This document shows, one piece after another, positions 10,701 through 18,368 of a DNA stretch of 64,000 nt (position 1 is the first letter of the stretch; every line of letters starts with the position of its first letter). The position numbers and the translations under genes are program-made. This stretch comes from Schizochytrium sp. TIO01 (Eukaryota > Protista > Bigyra: Labyrinthulomycetes): assembly GCA_004764695.1 (NCBI GenBank), contig SMSO01000011.1, forward strand, positions 61,638-125,637. Reading direction: 5' to 3'. The notes under the pieces are model-generated. The model did no database searches and was not told the DNA's origin. It was given only the letters and a program-made list of their open reading frames with translations.

Positions 10701-12809
10701 GAACACGCTAGTCATCCGAAACTAAATCACAATGACCGTGAATCCAGTAGTGAACACGCTAGTCATCCGAAACTAAATCACAATGACCGTGAATCCAGTA
10801 GTGAACACGCTAGTCATCCGGAACAAAATCACAATGACCGTGAATCCAATAGTGAACACGTTAGTCATTCTGAGGTAAATAATGATGACCGTGAATCCAA
10901 AAGTGAACATGCTCGTGAAGACATGGAACTAGAACATAGTTCAGTCCATGCACACGATAGTCATCGGAGATCCAAAAGGACTCCCAAACCTCATGTACCA
11001 CTAAATGTTGGTCCCAGTGCCAAAGGCGCTGCAAATAAATACCGATACTATACCAATCGTCTGAAACGAAAACGTAATATGACGAATACAGAGTTAGATT
11101 TCTCGGATATTAATTCTCTATCAAAAGAAGAGAACTTACATGAACTAATCATTCCCACGATATATCCGAGGGAACAGGAATATTTTGCTTTTCTTATTAA
11201 AAACAACACAGATAATAAACAATTACCTAAACCGGTCCCAAAACCATGTCCATATGACGACATTGTAGTTCCAAACACTTATAAAGAAATGCGGAAACTG
11301 CCACAGGCATATCAGCAACTATGGATTGCTGCGATGAATACTGAACATCACAATCTGCAGTCCGCTGGTGTTCTGGAAACTGTACCCTTACACACTTTAC
11401 CACAGGGACAGACTGTAATGGGAACTAGATGGGTCTTTACAAAGAAGGCACCACCGGTCAATCTGTTAAAAGCACGGGTTGTAGTACAAGGCTACAATGA
11501 GGCCATTGAACATGTTTATGATATATACTCACCAACAGTTAATGTTGAAAGCATTCGTGTTGCAACAATTATTGCTTTAACGAGAGGCTATGATGCTATC
11601 ACCGTTGACGTAACAGCCGCATTTCTAGAAGCACAAATTCCAGATGACGAATTCCTCTACATCAAAGGCATTGAAGGTCTTGACTTAGCAGAAGGTTATT
11701 GTTATCGTCTGCGTAAAAGTCTATATGGACTCAAAAGTGCCCCCCGTAGGTGGATGGATCATTTGACGGCTATATTAGAAAATTATGGCTTAACACGATC
11801 TATAACGGACGCATCACTCTTTATTGGCAAAGATCTTCTAATGACTATCCATGTTGATGACATGAGAATCTTTGGCACACCCCAAGCACTAAAAGCGATT
11901 GTCAAAGAACTTGAACAAAATGTCGGCGTCAAAGTTAATCGTGAAAAACAATGCCATTATCTTAGTGATACACATGTCTATGACAAGTCACGAAAGATCT
12001 GTACCATCAGCCAACGCGAGTATTGTGGAAAAGCCCTTAGGCGATGTAATATGGAAAACTGCAATGGAGCTAAAACTCCATCCATCCTTAAAGAGTTAAG
12101 TGATCATCCTGACGACTCTGTGAATGAACACTATCGTCCACTTGTTGGCACTCTAATGTATTTACTAAAAACTCGACCTGATATGGCATACACTTTACAC
12201 CAACTTGCATGCCATGGTCAAAAGAATGGAGCGGAACATATGCAAGCTCTTAAACATGCATTCCGTTATGTCAAGGCCACAAAGGACAAAGTTCTAACAC
12301 TCAAAGGCGTGGATTCAGAGGCACAACTTGTTTTGAATGTCTATACAGATGCTTCTTTCAGCAAGGCACATGACAAACTTCGTCGTAGTGTTACAGGATA
12401 TGTTGTTATGATAAATGATAGTGCTGTTGTATGGAAAACAACCAAACAGTCTACAGTTGCAAGAAATACTCACGAAGCTGAACTAATTGCTGCAGTTGCA
12501 GGAGTTCTCAGAGCAGAATCCATTCGACAACTTTTAGCAGACATGAACATTTACATCAATGAAATACAGGTATATATAGATTGTCAAGCATTAGTAAACA
12601 CAATCAAAAAGGAAGAAGTTAATGGTACAAATGGTTATCTCGCAGTACAACTTGCAGTACTGATTCATCGAAGACAAAACCAATTACTCAAGGTACATCA
12701 TGTTAAAGGCACAGAAAATATAGCTGATTTACTCACCAAACCACTTGCAGCACCATCTCATTGGAAACACGCGAGTCGCTTACTTGATGCTTCAGGTGCT
12801 GACGCGTGA
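7773..12809 (+). CDS. Copia gag-pol polyprotein (1678 aa)
   Basis: Two CCHC knuckles (CSHCGYSNHAEANC, CPICNQVGHRPSVC). Protease-like FLLNSGCNLH. Integrase HHCC (HLKLGH...CMDC) and DDE (ADVMGP, IRTDGA, PAEGINR). RT motifs KARVVVQG, DVTAAFL, KSLYGLK, HVDD. RNase H motifs YTDASF, EAEL, IADLLTK. Confidence 0.97.
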   Translation: MSSVRESKRNRTNQAANSESQSALSAEEVQKIQEKLEKYKRLYEESQRTKDHLKDSDYDDDLEYLNDDSSRKRQSRSRSSFRTTDRTRDILIDRINKIPTGPSLDLMGSNWETWSANVLRYMDHHGCTPEEIEATTDPKRQRLLDSALFTLLSNQAGPNFQKQLLHYGKSHHGHEGRAAWAQLQIAFKKQPGETNLDKVTALLQCLRKYLDNSLESMSENEIMVWFMELYNTQCELLATGMTLHDYMFILNLLPHIRYMGPQTTAIYGKAIKLKEYSKELFQELRNTEREVAQQCTLKGKSGYSAGNPEPTHLQANSFHPSRNKFKRQKRPTSQNNNSGGAQQPFPQRNKCSHCGYSNHAEANCKFLTAICPICNQVGHRPSVCPRRSSRQQKSNNKRQRHNSTPPYKGLALHNAPFDQGPFHANFSVNLLTINHLKSEPKSAETTSEGFLLNSGCNLHVTPNLALLSNYENINPLSMDAAQGSSVPILGKGTLEARVRSTSGRIVPLTLTVYYAPSLAHTLLSTSIMTQQGFSFFFSQDSDRMTTPHGEVITLGQQSDIPMLIPVKAPKVNALQLRKAQKLSYKGIDWLEAHLKLGHASIPRIASSIGVSASQIDFLCMDCKVANFERIPVTKGPHTPYAKSPRQAVTADVMGPFHVLGIPNKFKYAIVYRDLYSDFTYVYPIQSTDQVSTTLRTFAQAWLQGKNTSRIIIRTDGAKYFTGGEFARSLHTMRWEHKLSAPHSHATNPAEGINRVLMNGLRSNLKTALLGAKYWPYALSHAVHVKNRTASSRNRKSPYERHFGKAPEYSYFHIFGAPCVFKKFPIPQKLGDRGELGIFLGYADSYTHGTVHVLPKDKSNILQTREVKIFDQALTEQTRQRAMSIETALTPDLITHWTREESNKLIAGEMYQDLPALSSTANNTKSFLTPNTPEYNDDRESNSEHASRPEVNNDDRESSSEHASRLEANHHDRESNSEHASHPKLNHNDRESSSEHASHPKLNHNDRESSSEHASHPEQNHNDRESNSEHVSHSEVNNDDRESKSEHAREDMELEHSSVHAHDSHRRSKRTPKPHVPLNVGPSAKGAANKYRYYTNRLKRKRNMTNTELDFSDINSLSKEENLHELIIPTIYPREQEYFAFLIKNNTDNKQLPKPVPKPCPYDDIVVPNTYKEMRKLPQAYQQLWIAAMNTEHHNLQSAGVLETVPLHTLPQGQTVMGTRWVFTKKAPPVNLLKARVVVQGYNEAIEHVYDIYSPTVNVESIRVATIIALTRGYDAITVDVTAAFLEAQIPDDEFLYIKGIEGLDLAEGYCYRLRKSLYGLKSAPRRWMDHLTAILENYGLTRSITDASLFIGKDLLMTIHVDDMRIFGTPQALKAIVKELEQNVGVKVNREKQCHYLSDTHVYDKSRKICTISQREYCGKALRRCNMENCNGAKTPSILKELSDHPDDSVNEHYRPLVGTLMYLLKTRPDMAYTLHQLACHGQKNGAEHMQALKHAFRYVKATKDKVLTLKGVDSEAQLVLNVYTDASFSKAHDKLRRSVTGYVVMINDSAVVWKTTKQSTVARNTHEAELIAAVAGVLRAESIRQLLADMNIYINEIQVYIDCQALVNTIKKEEVNGTNGYLAVQLAVLIHRRQNQLLKVHHVKGTENIADLLTKPLAAPSHWKHASRLLDASGADA
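10575..10915 (+). repeat. In-frame 51-bp (17-aa) tandem repeat, ~6.7 copies, in the integrase-RT linker
   Basis: NDDRESNSEHASRPEVN / NDDRESSSEHASRLEAN / HHDRESNSEHASHPKLN / HNDRESSSEHASHPKLN / HNDRESSSEHASHPEQN / HNDRESNSEHVSHSEVN / NDDRESKSEHAR. Confidence 0.9.
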
Positions 12810-12821
12810 TTTGCGGGGGAG

Positions 12822-13018
12822 TATTGAAGTAATATACAGCTACTGTCTAACCTAACCTAACCTAACCTAACCAAGCTCTCCTATCCACACATTAACCTGC
12901 CTGTATGCAGACCTGAAACCCCGATAACTCATATATCATCCTCTTTCTCTTTCTCCTGAGTTCGTCATCCTTGTCAGACTACCTCTCCACGCTTCACAGC
13001 ACAGGCTACTCTGCAATA
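12822..13018 (+). repeat. 3' LTR (197 bp), contains CTAA(CCTAA)4
   Basis: Direct repeat of the 5' LTR, preceded by the PPT and followed by the TSD GTATT. Confidence 0.95.
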
Positions 13019-13178
13019 GTATTCAATGAAAATGTTTCCATCACCTACACACTCTATATTATAATTAATATTTTCTAGCACAATCAAAATCCTATGAATC
13101 TATAAAATAGTAATATCATTTCTGTAGTTTTACATACAAGCAACAAGGTTTAACAAAAAAAAAAATTCAGAACTTCTT

Positions 13179-16100
13179 TTATTCAAAAATATAAGGGCCT
13201 AGACATCCCAATGCTTCACTAAAGGCAACATTTGCAGCTTTCAACATATCAAGCTCTACTTTCTGCGCAGCAATATAGTCCTCTTTTGAAATCAGCATAC
13301 CAGACCTGTTCGCAAGCCGACCTTGGGCAAGAAGACTATGCTGCACTGAAAACGGCAGAGAAAGTGCATCGTTTACAACATGTATACAACGAAGCTCACG
13401 AGATACCTGTATAAGACTTGTCCTTCTTGTCTTTGCAGAACAAATTTGCTTATTCAATTCGAGCTCCTCGCGCATTTCAATCATCTCCCAGGTCATTCTA
13501 GTACCAGTAAAACCCAAATGACATCAACTCCGTTCGTCAGTTTACAATTTTTTATTTTTTTTGTCATTAAAAGGTACCCACAGTACTGCCAGTACAGTTT
13601 CATTTATTCTCTGATGTTATCATGCTCTCTGTTAGATCCACACTCAACCAAACATTCAACTCCACAACAAACTTGCAATGGCGCGAAGAAAAACATCGGC
13701 AAAATAACACACTAGACAACCCACGAAGCAACGAACCAACCAACTAACCAAGCCTCGTGTACAAACGAGTCCATAAACTACGGTGTTACTAAGTTAACTT
13801 ACGATAGTGATGTCAGCGACCGGTTCTCTTTCAGCGCCGCAGCCACTGCCTTGGCGCCCTCTGAGCCGATTTTGTTGTAGGAAAGACTGTCGATTTGATT
13901 GAATGATGGCAAGCAATACATTACACGTTACATATTACAATAGATGCACGCATGCATGCATGGACGTGAGTGATCTAGGTTGACTTTCAGGATTTATCTT
14001 TGTTGTGTTGTCATTTTGCTCTTTGTTCGATGGATGTATACTCACTCAAACAGACAACCCATCCATCCATCAAACAAACAAGCGATTGCATAAACTTGCA
14101 AAACAACACCGACCCACCCACCGAACAACAAACCAATCATCATGTACAAACAAGTCCACGAGCTGGGGTGTTGCGTAGACAACTTACTCAAGTAATGTCA
14201 GCGACCGGTTCTCTTTCAGCGCCGCAGCCACTGCCTTGGCGCCCTCGTCGCCGATCTGGTTGCGTTCAAGACTGTCGATTTGATTGAATGATGGCAAGCA
14301 ATACATTACACGTTACATATTACAATAGATGCACGCATGCATGCATGGACGTGAGTGATCTAGGTTGGCTTTCAGCACTTATCTTTGTTGTGTTGTCATT
14401 TTGCTCTTTGTTCGATGGATGTATACTCACTCAAACAGACAACCCATCCATCCATCAAACAAACAAGCGATTGCATAAACTTGCAAAACAACACCGACCC
14501 ACCCACCAAACAACAAACCAAGCATCATGTACAAACAAGTTCACGAGCTGCGGTGTTGCGTAGACAACTTACTCAAGTGATGTCAGCGACAGGTTCTCTT
14601 TCAGCGCCGCAGCCACTGCCTTGGCGCCCTCGTCGCCGATCTGGTTGTCAGAAACACTGTCGATTTGATTGAATGATGGCAAGCAATACATTACACGTTA
14701 CATATTACAATAGATGCACGCATGCATGCATGGACGTGAGTGATCTAGGTTGGCTTTCAGCACTTATCTTTGTTGTGTTGTCATTTTGCTCTTTGTTCGA
14801 TGGATGTATACTCACTCAAACAGACAACTCATCCATCCATCAAACAAACAAGCGATTGCATAAACTTGCAAAACAACACCGACCCACCCACCGAACAACA
14901 AACCAAGCATCATGTACACACAAGCCCATGAGCTGCGGTGTTGCGTAGACAACTTACTCAAGTGATGTCAGCGCCCGGTTCTCTTTCAGCGCCGCACCCA
15001 CTGCCTTGGCGCCCTCGTCGCCGATATTGTTGTAGGAAAGACTGTCGATTTGATTGAATGATGGCAAGCAATACATTACACGTTACATATTACAATAGAT
15101 GCACGCATGCATGCATGGACGTGAGTGATCTAGGTTGGCTTTCAGCATTTATCTTTGTTGTGTTGTCATTTTGCTCTTTGTTCGATGGATGTATACTCAC
15201 TCAAACAGACAACTCATCCATCCATCAAACAAACAAGCCATTGCATAAACTTGCAAAACAAGACCGACCCACCCACCAAACAACAAACCAAAAATCATGT
15301 ACAGACAAGTCCACGAGCTGCGGTGTTGCGTAGACAACTTACGATAGTGATGTCAGCGACCGGTTCTCTTTCAGCGCCGCACCCACTGCCTTGGCGCCCT
15401 CGTCGCCGATATCGTTGCCAGCAAGACTGTCGATTTGATTGAATGATGGCAAGCAATACATTACACGTTACACATTACAATAGATGCACGCATGCATGCA
15501 TGGACGTGAGTGATCTAGGTTGGCTTTCAGCATTTAGCTTTCTTGTGTTGTCATTTTGCTCTTTGTTCGATGGATGTATACTCACTCAAACAGACAACCC
15601 ATCCATCCATCAAACAAACAAGCCATTGCATAAACTTGCAAAACAACACCGACCCACCCACCAAACAACAAACCAAAAATCATGTACAAACAAGTCCACG
15701 AGCTGCGGTGTTGCGTAGACAACTTACGATAGTGATGTCAGCGACCGGTTCTCTTTCAGCGCCGAAGCCACTGCCTTGGCGCCCTCGTCGCCGATTTTGT
15801 TCCTTCTAAAACTGTCGATTCGATTGAATGATGGCAAGCAATACATTACACGTTACATATTACAATAGATGTACGCATGCATGCATGGACGTGAGTGATC
15901 TAGGTTGGCTTTCAGCATTTAGCTTTGTTGTGTTGTCATTTTGCTCTTTGTTCGATGGATGTATACTCACTCAAACAGACAACTTATCCATCCATCAAAC
16001 AAACAAGCGATTGCATAAACTTGCAAAACAAGACCGACCCACCCACCAAACGACAAACCAAGCATCATGTACAAACAAGTCCACGAGCTGCGGTGTTGCG

Positions 16101-18250
16101 TAGACAACTTACTATAGTGATGTCAGCGACCGGTTCTCTTTCAGCGCCGCAGCCACTGCCTTGGCGCCCTCTGAGCCGATATAGTTGCGTTCAAGACTGT
16201 CGATTTGATTGAATGATGGCAAGCAATACATTACATTGTATTGGATAGAACCATGCATGCAGGAACATTAGTGATCTAGGTTGGCTTTGAGGATTTCATT
16301 TTTGTTGTGTTGTCATTTTGCTCTTTGTTCGGTGGATGCATACTCAGGCAAACAGACAACTTATCCATCCATCAAACAAATAACTGATCGCACAAACTTG
16401 CAAAGCGACACCGACCAAAATAACAACCAACGAAGCAAGCATCATGTACACACAAGCCCATGAGCTGTGGTATTGCTTAGACAACTTACTTGAGTGATGT
16501 CAGCGACCAGTTGTCTTTCAACGCTGCAGCCACTGCCTTGGCGCCCTCGTCGCCGATTTTATTATCCCGAAGGCTGTTAATTTGATTGAATAATGGCAAG
16601 CAATACATTGTATTGCATTAGATGCGTGCATGGGACGTGAGTGATCTAGGTTGGCTTTCAGGATTTCATCTTGGTTCGATGGTTGCATACTCACTCAAAT
16701 AGACAAATTATCCATCCATCAAACAAACAAGTGATTGCATAAACTTGCAAAACAACACCGACCAAATCAGCACACCAACAAAGCAAGCATCATGTACAAA
16801 CAAACCCATGACCTGCGGTGTTGCGTAGACAACTTACACAAGTGATGTCAGCGACCGGTTCTCTTTCAGCGCCGCAGCCACTGCCTTGGCGCCCTCTGAG
16901 CCGATATTGTTTTTACTAAAACTGTCGATTTGATTGAATGATGGCAAGCAATACATTACACGTTACATATTACAATAGATGCACGCATGCATGCATGGAC
17001 GTGAGTGATCTAGGTTGGCTTTCAGGATTTAGCTTTGTTGTGTTGTCATTTTGCTCTTTGTTCGATAAATGTATACTCCCTCAAACAGACAACTCATCCA
17101 TCCATCAAACAAACAAGCCATTGCATATACTTGCAAAACAACACCGACCCACCCACCAAACAACAAACCAAAAATCATGTACAGACAAGTCCACGAGCTG
17201 CGGTGTTGCGTAGACAACTTACACAAGTGATGTCAGCGACCGGTTCTCTTTCAGCGCCGCACCCACTGCCTTGGCGCCCTCGTCGCCGATATCGTTGCCA
17301 TAAAGACTGTCGATTTGATTGAATGATGGCAAGCAATACATTACACGTTACATATTACAATAGATGCACGCATGCATGCATGGACGTGAGTGATCTAGGT
17401 TGGCTTTCAGGATTCATCTTTGTTGTGTTGCCATTTTGCTCTTTGTTCGATGGATGTGTACTCACTCAAACAGACAACTCATCCATCCATCAAACAAACA
17501 AGCCATTGCATAAACTTGCAAAACAAGACCGACCCACCCACCAAACAACAAACCAAACATCATGTACAAACAAACCCATGACCTGCGGTGTTGCGTAGAC
17601 AACTTACTCAAGTGATGTCAGCGACTGGTTCTCTTTCAGCGCCGCACCCACTGCCTTGCCGCCCTCGTCGCCGATTTTGTTGCCTATAAGACTGTCGATT
17701 TGATTGAATGATGGCAATCAATACATTCCACGTTACATATTACAATAGATGCACGCATGCATGCATGGACGTGAGTGATCTAGCCTGACTTTCAGCATTT
17801 ATCTTTGTTGTGTTGTCATTTTGCTCTTTGTTCGATGGATGTATACTCACTCAAACAGACAACTCATCCATCCATCAAACAAACAAGCGATTGCATAAAC
17901 TTGCAAAACAAGACCGACCCACCCACCAAACAGCAAACCAAACATCATGTACAAACAAGTCCACGAGCTGCGGTGTTGCGTAGACAACTTACTATAGTGA
18001 TGTCAGCGACCGGTTCTCTTTCAGTGCCGAAGCCACTGCCTTGGCGCCCTCTGAGCCGATTTTGTTGTAGGAAAGACTATCGATTTGATTGAATGATGGC
18101 AAGCAATACATTACACGTTACATATTACAATAGATGCAATAGATGCAATAAATGCAGGCATGCATGCATGGACGTGAGTGATCTAGGTTGGCTTTCAGGA
18201 TTTATCTTTGTTGTCTTGTCATTTTCCTCTTTGATTAATGCATAATCAAT

Positions 18251-18291
<41 letters not shown>

Positions 18292-18368
18292 GTGTTAACT
18301 TACCTCAATGTTGTAGCGCCATTCTGAAGCTTTTCAAGAGCAGCGAGAACACGTGGATGGTCCGACAT
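13179..18368 (-). CDS. 14-exon leucine-rich-repeat protein (~463 aa; 12 RI/NLRC3-like 28-aa LRRs, one per 84-nt exon)
   Basis: Manual splice model in transcription order: exon 1 18304-18368 (MSDHPRVLAALEKLQNGATTL); LRR exons 17993-18076, 17608-17691, 17223-17306, 16838-16921, 16490-16573, 16113-16196, 15728-15811, 15343-15426, 14958-15041, 14573-14656, 14188-14271, 13803-13886; last exon 13179-13497 (MTWEMIEMREELELNKQ...GPYIFE*). Every donor is GTAAGT, every acceptor is YAG, all introns are phase 2 and there are no internal stops. Repeat consensus xLxxNxIG(D/S)EGAKAVAAALKENRSLTSL. The terminal exons are less certain than the LRR exons. Confidence 0.9.
13750..18233. repeat. ~385-bp tandem array (12 exon+intron units; two shorter periods of 377 and 348 bp flank one diverged unit)
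   Basis: Exon low-coordinate ends fall at 13803, 14188, 14573, 14958, 15343, 15728, 16113 (385 apart), then 16490, 16838, 17223, 17608, 17993. Confidence 0.97.
18252..18291. repeat. (CAAG)n microsatellite in intron 1 of the LRR gene
   Basis: About 10 copies of CAAG. Confidence 0.9.

Larger units (their letters stand above)
7422..13018 (+). mobile_element. Full-length Ty1/copia LTR retrotransposon (5.6 kb), recent insertion
   Basis: Two near-identical LTRs (7422-7613, 12822-13018). 5-bp target-site duplication GTATT (7417-7421, 13019-13023). PBS GGTTATGGGCCCA directly after the 5' LTR and polypurine tract GCGGGGGAG before the 3' LTR. Single gag-pol ORF in copia order PR-IN-RT-RH. Confidence 0.97.

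Noticed and set aside
7773-18076. Diversity-generating retroelement-like mechanism using the adjacent reverse transcriptase
   Set aside because: The RT belongs to an ordinary, recently inserted copia element with a TSD. The variation is not adenine-specific: the Asn AAC/AAT codon is conserved, the opposite of the DGR pattern. No template repeat is visible.
14000-18092. Repeated plus-strand ORFs (MMASNTLHVTYYNRC..., MLCCHFALCSMD...) as a tandem family of small proteins
   Set aside because: They are by-products of the 385-bp periodicity and are broken by stops in several units. The minus-strand 84-nt exons, with invariant splice sites and LRR consensus, explain the conservation pattern.
13750-18233. 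CRISPR-like repeat/spacer array
   Set aside because: Eukaryotic context, 385-bp units, variable part only about 15 nt and codon-structured, and no cas genes.
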